Shown piece by piece: positions 36,098 to 49,679 of a stretch of DNA of 64,000 bases (positions are counted from its first letter, which is position 1; every line of letters starts with the position of its first letter). Source of the stretch: Lophium mytilinum (taxonomy: Eukaryota). The DNA lies in the NCBI GenBank assembly GCA_010093605.1, contig MU004193.1:1123520-1187519 (forward strand), in the 5' to 3' direction. The notes under the pieces were generated by a model. It was given only the letters and a program-made list of their open reading frames with translations. It searched no databases and was not told where the DNA came from. The translations under genes were made by a program, and so were the position numbers.

Positions 36098-38490
36098 TCA
36101 GCCTAGCCATCTTTGCGAACCGTATTCCGAATTCCTTCTCTTCCCTCCTTCATTTCGTCTTGCGTGCTCTCTCTCTCCTCCTATCACTCTCGTGTCTTGT
36201 TTTTGTCTCCTGTGCGGTCGCTCTGGTTCCTTGCCGGAGTGCTGTTCATCTTTCACATTGTTTCCAAGTGCCAAAGTCGAGGAGGCTTCGCTTGCTTCCG
36301 GGTCATTGCCATCATCCATCGGAGTATCTTCGGGTTCTATCGATCCTCCGGACTGTGCCGGGTAGTTCAATTGCCATTGCTCCGCGGGGCGTGTATTTCC
36401 TCTAGGCCGTGGTTGCTGATTGCTCTGTGAACTTGTCCCCATCGCCGCCTCGAATTCAGATCCTCTCCTTTTAGTTTGGTGAGTCTGAAACGCTTGCTCT
36501 TGTGCACCAGATGATGCCAGAGACTGAGGATACACCGGACGGGATGGATAAGCGGACGATGATGCCGGTGTCGATCCCCCAAGGGCATACGGTGGTTTTA
36601 TGGTGGACCCCAACACTGAGGGTTGCTGATACGGTGAAAGCTGGCCTTCAGCAGGTTGATATGCTCTCTCTGTGGATGATCCAGCATTGAGCTCTTTTGG
36701 AGCGCTACTTATGTTCGACCCAAAAGTGCCGCGCGAGGCTCCTACCACAGATCCCCAGTTCAAGGCTGGTTGGTGTGGCGAAGGCTGACTCTCCGTAGCC
36801 TGATGGTCTGCGAATATTGATGAACGAGTGTTGACATCGTTATCGGTAGCAATCTTTGTGTTACTTTTCTGATTCGTACTGTAATCAGACGAAGTCCTTG
36901 CTGGCCTATCCCGCCGCGGGGCGGTAGAGTCGGATTTACAGGCGTTCATGAACTGGTAAACGAGGGCTCGCTCCGAGTTTTTATGCACCTTCCCAAAATG
37001 CCGTACCTTCACATTGTGCTGGACGGTGTACACTTGGTCAAAGTTTATTCGAGACATCGGATCGAGTTTTTCCCAATGAGGGTCCGGCACAACACGAATA
37101 GCATCACCTAGTGGCAGTCGGTTTCTCTGGGTCATCTCTTCAGGCCTTAGTGGCGGGACAGTATCACCAGTATAGATGATGGCATGTCGACTTCTTTGCT
37201 TATCACCAGTGACACCCCGGCCTTCATATGTCTGGATGGGGAGGCACCAGCAGCAGTTACTGCGCATCTTGACGACGACAAACCAGCGGATTTTGACGAA
37301 GAATTTCTCCCCAAATCTCTTCGACTCAGCAAGGTTTTGTGCCGAGACTTCGTGGGCGGAGATCGTCATAGAAGCGGCTCGCTCTGCTACCGGCTCAGGC
37401 CAAAGAACTCGGAATACTTGGCCTACGAGGAAGTAATGATCCCCCTTTGGCTGGACACAGAAACCTAATTGTGTTAGAAAGTTGACTGAAACAGAATGGC
37501 TTAGTCCGACAATATCTTACGAGGATCTAATCGCTCGACTCGCCCAACGGTACCGGCAATCACCTCCGTGTCTACGTCGTCCACGTCTGGTCCCTCTTCT
37601 CTTTGACTAGGCATGGGTGGCGCATTCTGGATTTCTGTGGTACGGGAAGAAGTATCTATTGTCCTTCCCAAGGTCGACGGAGCTTGGCTCGAGCTCTGCA
37701 TTGGAGGTGCGTGGTACGCATTTTGGGCCGGAGAGGCGTCGTGCGAAATGTGGTTCGCGTTTGCGTAGTATGAAATCTGACTTGGATTCGAGCTCTGGAC
37801 TCGCATAGTTTGCGGTTGGCCATTCGTCAAGGGTGGGCTCATGGCCCCGGTGTTGCTAGAAAGATAAGGGGCATGCTGGGCCCAAGGAGAGTACTGAACA
37901 GAGTTCTGACCCATCTGGTACGGGTTCCAGTGGTTGGCCGCAACTGGACGATATGGCTGACCACCAGAGGCTGCATGGTATTCCGGCCCAATTCGTAAGA
38001 GAGAGTGTTGAGCTATGGTTGAGTTTAACGTGTGTGTTTGGCCAAACCCTCTCTCATTCGGTTGTGGTTGAACAGCATATATGCCACCGCTTGTGGTCCC
38101 ATTATCGATTGGAGCTTGTTCGAGGGTCGGAGTCAGCTGCGAAGTAGTCTGTGAGTTGCTTGACTCCACAACTGAAGGGGATGAATGCAGCTGATTGGCA
38201 GACGAGTTTTCTGCACTGTCTTCAAAATGTCTTTGGGGGTTACTGATACTCTATAGATTAGCCTCCAGTGCTGATTCCGCATCGAAGCATCGTCTTGGCG
38301 GGGCATATTGAACTCACTGATTGTTTGGACCGGTAGTGGCACCTGTTGCAGAAATTTGAGTGGTATTGAGTTCTGTACTCGCTCTAAAAATCCAGCTACT
38401 GCTTCCCGTATCGTAGTACCGATAATCATGGTATCTCTCGTCCCATATCCATTCCGGCGGCGGTGGTGGTTCTCCCTGAGGCGGTGCCAT
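36098..38490 (-). CDS. DUF6590-type protein copy 2 (with a long disordered C-terminal extension)
   Basis: MAPPQGEPPPPPEWIWDERYHDYRYYD...ERLDP/RFCVQPKGDHYFLVGQVFRVLWPEP...KIRWFVVVKMRSNCCWCLPIQTYEGRG...HAIIY...SRINFDQVYTVQHNVKVRHFGKV. Introns at about 38317-38243 and 37520-37465. Confidence 0.85.
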
Positions 38491-39210
38491 AATGGCGCAT
38501 TGGCCGGCCCTGGTCACTTTTGTACGTATGCAGTCGCCATCAGTTTTATGTAAGTTCCTCTGTCAAGGATGGTAATGATGGGGACGGGTCGATGAGGGGA
38601 TTGGTCCAGCAAACAGAGCCTCATGATGTCGACTTGTACGTATGATTCGTCCGTTCCTTTGGCCAGCGAAGTCGACAGCCCCGGCAAACCCTGGTAAAGA
38701 CTGGTTTCCAAGTCTAGCCTGCCTCGCTTACTGATAATGCAAGCAGCGGAGGACGCGGGCGAGAACCACATTGATTGCCCTGTGATCCCGGTGGTACGTT
38801 TGTGGCGCCTCCTTTGCAGAAACAGGGCGGGCAACCCTTCTTTTAAGCATGCAGTGTCCTTCACACCAAAACTCGACTTGGTGTGCCTTCGACTGTTAGC
38901 CGTCGCCTACTTATGGACCTGGTAAAGCAGGAGCCGGTCGGTACTGAAGTCGTCTCGGCCAGCGGATATGACATTTTTACTGAACTTTCGTAAGTTTTCT
39001 TCGGCTCAGTAATTTTTGCTCCAAGTTCTAACTATATGAAGACTGCAATCATCAGTTCACCACTCCCCTTTACTACTCTCATCCGAGACACTCGATGCAA
39101 GAGGTCAGCTGGACCTCGGCTCTAGACCCTCGTTCCAAAATAGAAGGCTTGAGCTATGCGAAGGATCGCCGAACAATGCCTCTGCCGCATTTGACCAAGC
39201 CTCCTCAGCC

Positions 39211-40551
39211 TTGCTGCAAACGCAAGCGCCGTCCCCTCAAGAACATTATCAACAACACTCAAATGGGAATACATTGTACCAGATTTCCACTGGATCGCCG
39301 GAAACATCATCACAACTGCCAAAGAGGAGCACCTCTAGGCAAACCATGCCAAACAGCCTTCCACCGAGCAAAAGGTGGATCAGAGCACAACCACGCGTGG
39401 CTCGTTGGAGGGACAAAGTCTTGACTGCACGTGTTCGGAATAAAGAGCAAAGGAGGATATGTTCGCAGCAAAGGCAGCACTGCCATGGTCTCCAATGGCG
39501 GCTCACGAATAATCTCCAGACAGCACTGGAAGCCCTTGTACAAACGAAGGACCCGGAAAGCCTCAAAAAAGGTTTCCAAGGTCTTCAGCGATTGTGCGCA
39601 GAAGTGGGCGTGTTAATGAATGGATTGGAGGCTGAAAACGTGCAAGTAGATGCACAGGAAGACCATCTTTCTGATCTGGAATACCGTTTCGGAAAAAAAG
39701 AAGATGACCTCTTCCGCCACTTGGACATTGCATTACTCGGCGGCGACACGCAATATGAGAGCACAGATTCATTCTCCGACAGTAGCTCTAGTATATCGAG
39801 CTACGATTCCCCTGAAACCGAGATCCACCCTCTTCTCAAAGAACTTTATTCAAGGATGGGAGACCGAAACATCTATAAGGACCGCCGGATCGATTTCGAG
39901 ATGCGGCTTCAGCACGACGTCGAAGATCGCGAGACCCTTCGTGGAGAAGGGAAAGAAGTCAGCACCGATGAGGAGTTCTACCGCACGCGACTACCGGAGC
40001 AGTTACGAATACAATATGATCTGTCCCAAGCACGCGAAGATGTTCGACGGCTTAGGCAGTTATGCTTCAATGAGGGTATCGAGGTTGAGCACATCGTTGA
40101 GGACGACGACGATGGATCAGCTTTTGATGCTCATTCTGAAGTGTTCTCAGCGCCCGTGGATCTGGAACATTCTACAAAACCCTCGACTACGGACTGGTGC
40201 CCTCCGCAAGCATCTCGATCTTTTAGCAGTATATCACCCGGGGTAATCAATAGCTTCGTAAATACCCGCGAGCGTGTCAGGAAGTGGTTAGCCGATGCCC
40301 CTATGGTAGAACCAGCGCTCGAAGCACCCGCAATTCAAGCAATATCCAAGGACCAGAGTTGGGTCAAGCTAGTGCGAGCACCATGGCCATCAAAGGAGGC
40401 TCTACAAGGCGGGATCTCTGGCTACGATGCACCTGACTGGATCCAGCCCGCGCAAGCCCAGCTCTCCAAATCGGCACCTTACATTCGAACCCCGTCGACT
40501 GAAGCCTACGACAACCCTCCACGAGGAGGACGCACATGCAGTTCCTCGTGA
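39211..40551 (+). CDS. Coiled-coil partner protein CC2, divergent from DUF6590 copy 2
   Basis: 446-aa ORF with LSDLEYRFGKKEDDLF (compare EWRFIEAEDDFY in CC4) and NTRERVRKWL (compare STRERINMWI in CC1). The true start is uncertain: first in-frame ATG at 39346, possible upstream exon near 39095. Confidence 0.75.
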   Translation: MLQTQAPSPQEHYQQHSNGNTLYQISTGSPETSSQLPKRSTSRQTMPNSLPPSKRWIRAQPRVARWRDKVLTARVRNKEQRRICSQQRQHCHGLQWRLTNNLQTALEALVQTKDPESLKKGFQGLQRLCAEVGVLMNGLEAENVQVDAQEDHLSDLEYRFGKKEDDLFRHLDIALLGGDTQYESTDSFSDSSSSISSYDSPETEIHPLLKELYSRMGDRNIYKDRRIDFEMRLQHDVEDRETLRGEGKEVSTDEEFYRTRLPEQLRIQYDLSQAREDVRRLRQLCFNEGIEVEHIVEDDDDGSAFDAHSEVFSAPVDLEHSTKPSTTDWCPPQASRSFSSISPGVINSFVNTRERVRKWLADAPMVEPALEAPAIQAISKDQSWVKLVRAPWPSKEALQGGISGYDAPDWIQPAQAQLSKSAPYIRTPSTEAYDNPPRGGRTCSSS

Positions 40552-42999
40552 ATCTGCAGTACCCATGTGACTCCAGAGTGGTCCAATGTTAACCTTGTGC
40601 TTTCAGCTCAACCAATTCTATCTCATATGTATCCCTTCGGTCGGTTTTGGCGTGGCGCGTTGCATTTCAGCCCCACGATAAGGCAATACTAATGCTATTT
40701 GACAGACGTCGCGAGTTGTTTTGTAGTAATTAGACGAAGCCCTTGCGAACATGGTCTTGTTTTCTAGTTCTATCCCTTGTAGCAAACGCATATTATACCC
40801 CCTTGTTGGACACCTTTCGGTCATGCTGTGAACTTCCTTTCCTGCCTTTCAACTGCGTCCTTCTCCCTTTAGAAACCTCTCTCGTATTAAGCGCGTGCGG
40901 CTCAAAATTCATATACCCAAGCTCAACTGATAAGAGATGACATCTCTTCATACACTAGTGGTGAATATCGTGATCTCATTCGTCAGCCGGTGAACCACTT
41001 CAGCCTGTAAGCCAACGCTGCAGCCGCCTCGCATATCTCGTGATTCCGTTGGTCCGTGAACCCTAGAACGCGGGGTGTTTCTGCGTTATGGACAGGTCTC
41101 TTGACCAATTAATGTACCGTAAATAGTGAGGCGTGCGAGAGACCGTGACACAGCCTTCATGTACACAGCCCCCCAATCTCCGAATTCTCTATTCGCCAAC
41201 ATCCTGGCGAATGCGGTTCAGAGCAGGTTTCATTTTAATATCATCCCGCTCTGCTCGCCTAATGCTGATGCAGACCCGCGACCTGACACTGGTATTGGAA
41301 ATACTGTGACAGTGCAGCACGGGATGGGTGGGAGCAGGCCAGCACACTCTTGCGTGATTGTGGTGGAGAGGTGCAGTTCCAAGCAGGGATACTCCAAGAA
41401 GCACGCGACTTTGCATGGGCCCGTCCGACGGGGCGGGACGGGGCGTGGGAGAGTGGGTCTCTAAGTTGATGTGGCTGATTTAGGTCCAGATGGATATTCG
41501 CACGGACGTCCGACTGGTTGGCAAGGAAGCTACGTAATGTATCAAATACTAGTCAAATAAGGATACCTGCATTTATGACAACTTCAGTCTCCCGGGTAAC
41601 TTCATGTAGGCTCCAGTCAGATGAAGGCAAACGAGGGCGCTTCAGCCCGCTTTGTCCTACGTGCGACCGCGTACCGTGTCATCTCCGTGTCTTGATGCGA
41701 CGACTCGTATCACCCGCGTAGGAGCCCTGTCCCCATCTCTTCTCGGAAACTTCTCACCGATGAGAGGGAACTGAGCTGTCAGACAGGTCTATAACTCATT
41801 TGATTAATGTGATCAGATCAAGACGGGACTTTGCAAAAGTCAGCGTTGCGCGTTAGCCCTCCGCGGCCCGGAAGATGGAGATGATGCGTACAAGCATAGC
41901 TGCTGCAGCCTTGATGCATTTCCCCAGAGCTATTGGAGGCAACTTTACGTCTTGAACAGCATAACTTTCGGATTAGTCATTGGTCGTGGATTTCATGAGT
42001 TGCGGTGAGACGAATTAGTCGCCTTCTGAGGCTGAAATGCAATAAAGGGAAATGAATGGTCGCGTATCGAAAGGTTGCTCTTGACGATTGGAGGGTGAAT
42101 GGGGCTTCCTGGTGCTCCGAGGCCTGCCCCTTTTGATGCCAAGCAGCCCCAGTCATACCTGGGCTGCTGGCACCAGTAGGCAGAAGGCAACCACCTCAAG
42201 GTCATTCGCGAAGGCTGAGGAGGTCCAGGTGCAGATGTTGCTCCATGTTTCGCGCCCAACCTTAACGCCATCGGTAGGAGCGTTGACTAATATCTCCCGT
42301 GCAGCCACGGCGTTTTGTGCCGTGTCAGCGTGTTGCTGCTCTAAGACGGTGAACCGAGACACCGATTGGAATGCACGGGGCCAAGGTTGTCTCAAGATAT
42401 CCAATCCTTGCTTAGGTACAGTGAGAGATCATATTAGACAATCTGCTGATCTACCTGTAATGGCAATATACCTTTGCGGTCAGGCTGTAGTGAGGTGAAT
42501 AGTACCATAATATTCTGTACTGAAATATGCATAACGCGTACCTGAAATCCTAGCAGTTATCTTCGAGGCCAGTTCCGGGAGCAATCATCGACTACCCGCA
42601 TACGCTCTCAAAACAATTGTTGCTCTGTCGAGATGCTTCTACGCAATCATGTCAACTGGAGATCTGGAAACCACATGATCCCGAAATAGATCCACCATCA
42701 TATATCCATTCTCATTGTTCTTCCAGTACGAAGGCCCTTAGTATTCCTGTCGAATCGTGAATAACACCGGATAGATGACGGGGGCAGTGATAGGATACCA
42801 TCGTGAAAGTGCTGATTGCAAAGAACATCACAAACATATAGGACGGGGATGGGAGATTGCGAACCTAACAACATTCGGACTACCTCATAGTAACCCTAAA
42901 AACTCAACGATGCTGATCCCATCGTCCGACATTGGATGAGCGGGCTTTTGACTTCGGCAAGCATAGCTGAATCAAGTTGGCCCTCTCGAAGACTCAACA

Positions 43000-45066
43000 T
43001 CACCGAGAGGGCCGATCCGGCTTCCTGGCGTGTGGAGCGAGGTTTCCGATGCCAATTTCACTGTGTGCCCGTCGGCGATGCGGGTTCAGAGGCACCAATC
43101 TATATGGTTGCAGCACCTCTTCAAGTGGTATAAACTCAAGAGGTGACGGTGATCGAGACAGACGGTAGTCAACTGTTTCAGGTGGACTAGGTACATCGTG
43201 GCTTGGCTCATTGACTGTGGGTATGCCTGCTACTGTATTCTCAGGATCCAGCGGAGGAGTTCGAGGCTGTCTATCCCGGTGCCAAGAGCCATCGTACGTC
43301 GCAAGATACTCTGCCACCGCGCGTTCTTGTTTCGGACCTCCTGGCTCAGACTGTGGCCTGGTTCTGCCTGGCCGTTCATTGGGGAATAGGGTTCGGTGAC
43401 TCTGAATTGCTTCTTCGATCTCAGCAAGAGCCGTTTCGTGGCTTCGAACTACGACATCTGGGTAAGTTTCTTGCGTGGGTGTGATTCCTGGAGATGATGC
43501 CGGGGATTCTTGGTCTACTTCGTCGGATATTACTTTTGTTTTACAATGTGGCCAGTGAAGACAAGATGCTTCCATTACTGGAGATGGTTGGCAAGAATCT
43601 TTCAGCGGAAGGGGTGGTGGTAGACTGATCGCTGAATCTGCAAGCATCTGTGGGTCGTTGATGACAGGATGTTCCACAGCGTGGCCTCCTGACTGATCTT
43701 GCGGCTCTGTCAGGGAGATAGCAGGTTCATTCAGGGGAAGTACCGCCGTCAAATCTTCCGAAACTTCATCATATAAATCCGCGGTGCTGGCTAGAAAGGC
43801 AACATCGGGTCTTCCCTCGGTTACAGTTTTCCTAGTAACAGATCCCACGGCGTGCGCAGTTTGATGAGATGCCGACGGACTTTCTAAATGTTCATGAAGC
43901 AGGGGACTGCTTGTTATGTCATCATTCCAGTGTTTGACGATCTGCAGCCATGAATCTTCATCGAGATTTTCAGTCCTGAGACTCTTGAGGAGGGTCTTGA
44001 ACCGCGTCCATTCGAGAGGGGATTCATGGAGGCTCTCCAGCATCCAAATGCCAATACGCTGTTTGACGCTTGAAAAGTCACTGACTAGATTCGATACCGC
44101 ACTGTCGGTCCACGCTCGACTGGAACTTGGCCTGGTCGGCAATGCTCTCTGACTGAAGATGTACAAAGGGTCCGACGCTCGTCGTTCGACATTTGGATTA
44201 TGTCCCTCGGTGTACATTTGCTGCTTCCAGCGCTGCAGTTCATTTTCTGCCGCTATCAACCGATCAAGGATTATGCTAGCTCGCTCATAGAACTCTCTCA
44301 AATATCGCTCGGTCTCTGGTGGCGTTGAGAATTCGGCCAACATTCGCAATCGGCGCTCTTCCATGTGTCCAACCTCTTCTTCCCGAAATTTGTTGAATTG
44401 AGCTGTGAGCTTTCCAACTTCTGCAAGAGCAGACAAAAATCCTTGGTTGATTATATCGTTGTTGGTCTCCGGCATCACCACCTCGGTAGTCGGCGGTTGT
44501 GGTGGTGAAGATGATGCGGACGGAGGTTGGGCTGGTCGATCGTCATTCGGAGCAAGTCGTTCACGTAAGGGCTTGAGAACCTGTTCCTCAAATAAATCCA
44601 GAGCGTCCATATCATAGAACTCATTTTCCTTTTCGAGCATTTCCCATTCAGAGATATTGAAGATCCTATCATCTTGCATACTGTCATCCTCGGTTTTGCC
44701 TATGTCATCCCGTAACTCTTGGACAAGCTGGTATTGCTCCTGAAGTTCAGGAGGAAATATCTCATTCCTCGTTATGTAAAGGCGTCGAAGGCTTTTCATG
44801 AACTCCGCTTCAGCATCTCCAGCCTTGAGCCGCTTTTTCCGGATAGCACCATCGGTTAAGCGAAGATTGACCCGTCCTTGGACTACCCCTTCTCTCATTT
44901 GTAGCAGAATCCTTTGTTGGTCTTGGAAAAGGCGTAAGAATTTACGGACCAGTTCGAGCAAATACTCCTCTTCGTTTGGTAGAGGCTTTGGACTCGCTTC
45001 TAGCCTTGTGTCTTGCTGAGAAGAACGCTGAGGAGGACGCAAGTCCGGATTCGGGTCTCTCGACAT
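43000..45066 (-). CDS. Coiled-coil partner protein CC3, divergent from DUF6590 copy 3
   Basis: AEAEFMKSLR...VQELRDDIGKTEDD...SEWEMLEKENEFY...FNKFREEEV...RRASDP...KQRIGIWMLESLHESPLEWTRFK. First ATG at 45066. Confidence 0.85.
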   Translation of the reverse strand: MSRDPNPDLRPPQRSSQQDTRLEASPKPLPNEEEYLLELVRKFLRLFQDQQRILLQMREGVVQGRVNLRLTDGAIRKKRLKAGDAEAEFMKSLRRLYITRNEIFPPELQEQYQLVQELRDDIGKTEDDSMQDDRIFNISEWEMLEKENEFYDMDALDLFEEQVLKPLRERLAPNDDRPAQPPSASSSPPQPPTTEVVMPETNNDIINQGFLSALAEVGKLTAQFNKFREEEVGHMEERRLRMLAEFSTPPETERYLREFYERASIILDRLIAAENELQRWKQQMYTEGHNPNVERRASDPLYIFSQRALPTRPSSSRAWTDSAVSNLVSDFSSVKQRIGIWMLESLHESPLEWTRFKTLLKSLRTENLDEDSWLQIVKHWNDDITSSPLLHEHLESPSASHQTAHAVGSVTRKTVTEGRPDVAFLASTADLYDEVSEDLTAVLPLNEPAISLTEPQDQSGGHAVEHPVINDPQMLADSAISLPPPLPLKDSCQPSPVMEASCLHWPHCKTKVISDEVDQESPASSPGITPTQETYPDVVVRSHETALAEIEEAIQSHRTLFPNERPGRTRPQSEPGGPKQERAVAEYLATYDGSWHRDRQPRTPPLDPENTVAGIPTVNEPSHDVPSPPETVDYRLSRSPSPLEFIPLEEVLQPYRLVPLNPHRRRAHSEIGIGNLAPHARKPDRPSR

Positions 45067-45900
45067 AGTAGGCTTTGTTGTGGCGTGAGGAGTAGTGGGC
45101 ACTTCGCTCTCCTGTGGACATTTCCGGATAATATACGGCGGCCGAAAGCGCGGTCCGACCGGTGTCACTTGAAAGTTTCAGTGCTGAGACAGGAGACGGA
45201 GAAGAACAGGCAGGTTAAAACGAACGTTGATATGGTCCACGGTTATGCTATGTCCCGAGCTCTGCAATGTGTAAGACTGAAGATCGATGTGTTGAGTTTA
45301 GCGGAGGGTGTTGCAATGGACAGCCCTTACATGGTCGCAATTTTGACGCGCCTGAGCTTGGCACGCGCAAGGTGATAACCGCGCTATTTATTACCTTGCA
45401 AAATGAAACAAATGAAAGCATTCCACTTGGTAGCGGCGGAGGGATTAAGGCAACCGTGCGTAAAGGGCTCGACCAAGCTAATTGCGGTGCACGAGCATGC
45501 ACCCAGCCGGGCGAGCAACGGGGGGCCCTCAATCGGTGAAGGCGATCGAACGAGGCGCTGGTGCGTCCCCCATAATCCGAAGGGTGGCACGCCTAAGTGT
45601 GAATCCCTGCGCCATACTAAAGCGGCGTTCGACCCGTGCGGTACGCACCAACCGCCTGGGATTGGGCCTGGGGCATTATGCATGGCGCATAACTCATAAC
45701 CCCTCCTTGTTACTTGCATGCAGCATTCAGACAGGGTGAAAGTGGGGAAGATGGACAATCGCTGCAGCGTAGAATAGCTCGTGATAGAAATGCGGCTCTG
45801 CGAGCGCTACGCTGGCAGCCACCGAGGTGTGGACAGGAACGTGGCCCGTATAAGAATGCCTCCCCCAACCGTGTGAAACCTGTCTAGATAGCAATCAAGC

Positions 45901-47159
45901 ATGGCTTCCAATAGCAACCCATGGGTCTGGAGCGAGGAATATAGGCGATACTACTGTATCTCTTATGATGAAGAGTGTAATTGTACCGACCTGAAGCAAC
46001 GTGTGGGCTCACTGACAGTCCAAGCAAACCCCGTGTACATTTGGCAAGATGTCACACCTAGTGTAGCACCCACCCCTACCTCACTCGGTATAGCAAGCAA
46101 TACTGCAACCGCTACGCAGCGTGCGTTTTCTGACATGTAGCGACAATTTGAATGTACTAATCAGCTCAGGCCCCCCTCCGCAGACTTGGGCCTATGGAAG
46201 CCATCCTACAAGCCACGCCGCAGTCAACACAACGACAAATGCTGTATACAGCACACCCACGGAGGGTGCAAATGATCCACGGCGACGCGATTCAGTGATG
46301 ACTAGTAAGCTACTCACTTGTAATGATGTTATAATTGAACCGTCTACGTTTAGATCATTGAAGTGAACTGACATGGATCACTCAGAAAAAGCACCGGACT
46401 TGGGCAACCATATCAAGGGGACGAATGGAGACTTCGAGGAGCTAGATTCAAGTATGACCCTGGATGACTGAATATCGCATAGCACTAACAACTGCAGGCT
46501 ATTCTGTAAGGAAGGATGGCAAGAGATTTTTCAAAAGAGGAACAGTAAGACCTTTCCCATAGTTGATTGGACCTCGGCTTATTAGTTTTTACAGCTCTTC
46601 TCGGTCCTGTTTAGTGAAGGCATGGGAGAAACGCAAAAAATGCAGGACAACGAGAATGTCACTACGGTCAAATACGGTGGGAAGGTGTTTACACAGATAC
46701 GCCGATTTGGTAAGGCGTGTTCCTGGACAGAGCTCCCCGTATAAATTTAACAGTTCACCAGTTGTCGTGGCAGAACGTGAGGGGTTCTGCTATGCGTGGT
46801 ACGTTTAGAGATTCTCATGTACCCATTCAACCGTTTTTTAACAAATCGAATACAGTCCAGTCTTCACGTACACCGGTCGTGGGACCCTGAAACCGGGCTG
46901 TCGGCCGTGGGAGCATGCCGTCATATACTACAGCACGTTGCAATCTCCCATAACTCTCGATGGCGAGAACCAGATGAAGAATTCTCCCATCGGGGTGAAA
47001 CCAGAGCCTACCGAAACGAGGCCATTGAGTACCGCCTCCCGTGTACAATTCGGGAAAGTGTACCCCATTGATCACAATGTCAAGGTGAAACTTCTCGGGA
47101 AAGTCATAACTGAGCACATGGGAAGGTTGATCGCCTACTATAAAAATGAGCTCGATTGA
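45901..47159 (+). CDS. DUF6590-type protein copy 3 (compact, many introns)
   Basis: MASNSNPWVWSEEYRRYYCISYD...ELDS/YSVRKDGKRFFKRGT/LFSVLFSEG...TQIRRF/VVVAEREGFCYAC/PVFTYTGRGTLKPGCRPWEHAVIYY...SRVQFGKVYPIDHNVKVKLLGKV...LIAYYKNELD*. Confidence 0.85.
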
Positions 47160-47924
47160 TTCGTCGTCGACGCGCGCATCCTGGACAACCGATCATACGT
47201 GGGACGCCAGCTCAACACTGGAGAGATTAGCTTCAACACCTCTCCCTATTCCTTTTGTTTACAATTACGTGAGCTTCATACCTTGAAGCTCGGTGGCACC
47301 ACCAAGAAGGACCTCTATTTCTCGTTCGATAAGAAGCGCACTTGATATTCAACCCAAATTGTCGATGATGATACTAGACAAGACCCCCATTTCGTTCTTT
47401 GAAGTTATATGATGTAGTTTTCCCTTGTTTATGACAGACTGGAACCTCTCGTAGTCTACTTCACTCTGAGTAAGCGTGTTCGGACTTGTATGCTGTGCGT
47501 TTTATTTCGACATCCACTGTCTTTACTCGTGTGAACATCGTAAAGAGATAATGAAGACATCTGACTTCTTCGAACTATGGTCGTCTAACATCATCTAGAT
47601 AGAGACGAGCGTCACAGGTACTCTACTAGATAGACGTAAGATACGAGTCAGAGCGAAGGACCGGCTGAGTAATCTGATGTAAGGAGCCTTCGTGGCAGAG
47701 ACTTATAGACTAGCAGAATATATTCAAAGGAGTCGTGGGCTCCGCAAATGATGATGAGCTGCTGGCATACTGGTGCAAAACTTTTCAGATTTTCTTTCAG
47801 TGTTTAGTACTACTACCAAAATAGAATAGCGTCTTGGCAGACCGAAATAATACCGAAAATATAGGAGAAATGACCGTATCCCGACTAGCATGCTCCCTCC
47901 GAGGCCTTCTTCTGGCGCCATTTT

Positions 47925-49679
47925 CTACGTCAGCCACTCTACCTCCCTTTCTAATGGCTCGATGACGTTGGCGTAGATTCCATTTCGTGTCTCAGCATCG
48001 TCCAGCCTCACACTCTGACCCCCCTGCACCCAAGTTAGGTCCAAACAAGCTTCAACTGAGGAACGGTATGGCGACGCATCCATTTTCTTGACAATACGAT
48101 CCGCGACTATCAAATTAAGGTTGTCCTCGGTAGCGGCCGTCAGATTCGAGCGCTCCTGCGTGCTCCGCCAACACTCGATTGGCTTTTCGTTATGTATCTC
48201 GATAAGAAGAATGCCCAGAGTGAGAATATTGGAGTTCGGATGGAACACTCCGGAATTTGGTTGTCCGACTTGCCTTGCGGGGCTCTCAAATCTAGTCGAA
48301 AGGTATGGTCTCGTATAATCTGGCTCGTTTTGGAGGTTGACGAAAAACGAGAGATTGCTCTTGTTCCATCCGCGGCTAAGCCATGGACTATCATGAAAAA
48401 GAAGAAGCGAGTAGGAACATATCAACGCAAGTCTGCGCTTTTCTAATGGTCCCATCTTTGCATTTTCAACCAGTAGTTCCCCTAGGGATATTGGTTTTTG
48501 TGGCTCGAGTAAGTTGTGGATCCGTCGAGGTTTAGGGGCCAATCTCCAAAGAGACTGCTGTCCGTTGATGTCTTCCATGAGAATGCGGAGCCTGAAGTCT
48601 CTCAAGCCCATTTTCAATGCGTCACAAACTCTTTGGAGCCTAGTTTCGTCGTCGGCTCGCGGTATACTGTTCCCAAATTAGTCAGGTTAGAACTCCATCA
48701 GCCTCAAAATGTACGCTTACCTGGCCGAGCAGACTGACACAGTCCCTTCTTGCCAACAGTGCGCGCTGTTCTGTGAAGAAGTTGTGGTGATGAAGAAGTC
48801 AAGGTCTACGACGTCGGCGTTCAAGTTTGCCGAAGCTTCCTGGACGTAAATGCAGAATCTGGCTTCATGTCCTCCGTTGCAGGTACACTTCCACGAGCGA
48901 GCAAACGCATCATACAACTTTCTTGTTAGTAGCCGGGCTGGCGCAGAAGGGCTTGTGAGTGCGAGGAAAAACCCGCTTTTTCCCTGAGTGTGTTCACTAT
49001 GTCGGCGCCCCATAAGAGGCAGAACATGTGTCTGAGATCCTACTTTCTCAATGAGATCTCTCAATCTCTGATTCCTGAGTTTCAATCTCTGCAAGCAATC
49101 ATTGCGATGATTCTTTTTTCTGAAAAAGTGGAATCTTTCCATGAAATTGCTTTTCGTTCTCTTTGTTTCTCTTTCCAAGGCGAAGCCTTTCAACTTTTCA
49201 TACATTTCGGATTCTTCCTACAGCCACTTAGTACGTAAGACTCAGAAGAGTTGTTCCTGACTAACCAAGTCTTTGTTGGCAACGTATGTCATTTGGTTCT
49301 TGAGGAGCTGAGCCAGGAGTTGCACGATTCTTTTTGACGTTGTGCTAAATTTGTTGAACGCAGCCTCCGAACCAAAGTAACGGCGAAGACGCTTCTCCAC
49401 TTCTGAGTTTTGAATCCAGTCATCCAGCTTCAACGCAGAGGCAGGACGATATTGTCCCGGGGAATCCGAAATAGCTCTAGATATCTCTGCAACGTGCTCT
49501 CCTAGCTCACTTATTTCCCAGTAAAATTCGTCGTAGAAGTCGCTAAGGCTCGCATTACGGCGAGATTTTAAAGAAACATTAAGAACTGTGTCCACTCCAT
49601 CCGAGTACGCTTTCCCAGCCTCGATAAAAAGTGGCAGCAGCGCAAGGACAAGACCGGCACACTCGACTCCCGTAACCAT
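47925..49679 (-). CDS. HeLo-like N-terminal domain plus C-terminal pseudokinase-like (DUF7580-type) protein, 3 exons
   Basis: MVTGVECAGLVLALLPLFIEA is a HeLo-like hydrophobic N-terminal helix. The C-terminus reads RRLALICSYSLLLFHDSPWLSRGWNKSNLSFF...PYLS...NILTLGILLIEI...YRSSVEACL. It joins ORFs 49242-49679, 48717-49205 and 47925-48617. Confidence 0.75.

Noticed and set aside
41993..42498. Short ORFs between the convergent CC2 and CC3 genes
   Set aside because: No recognisable motif or coherent exon chain.
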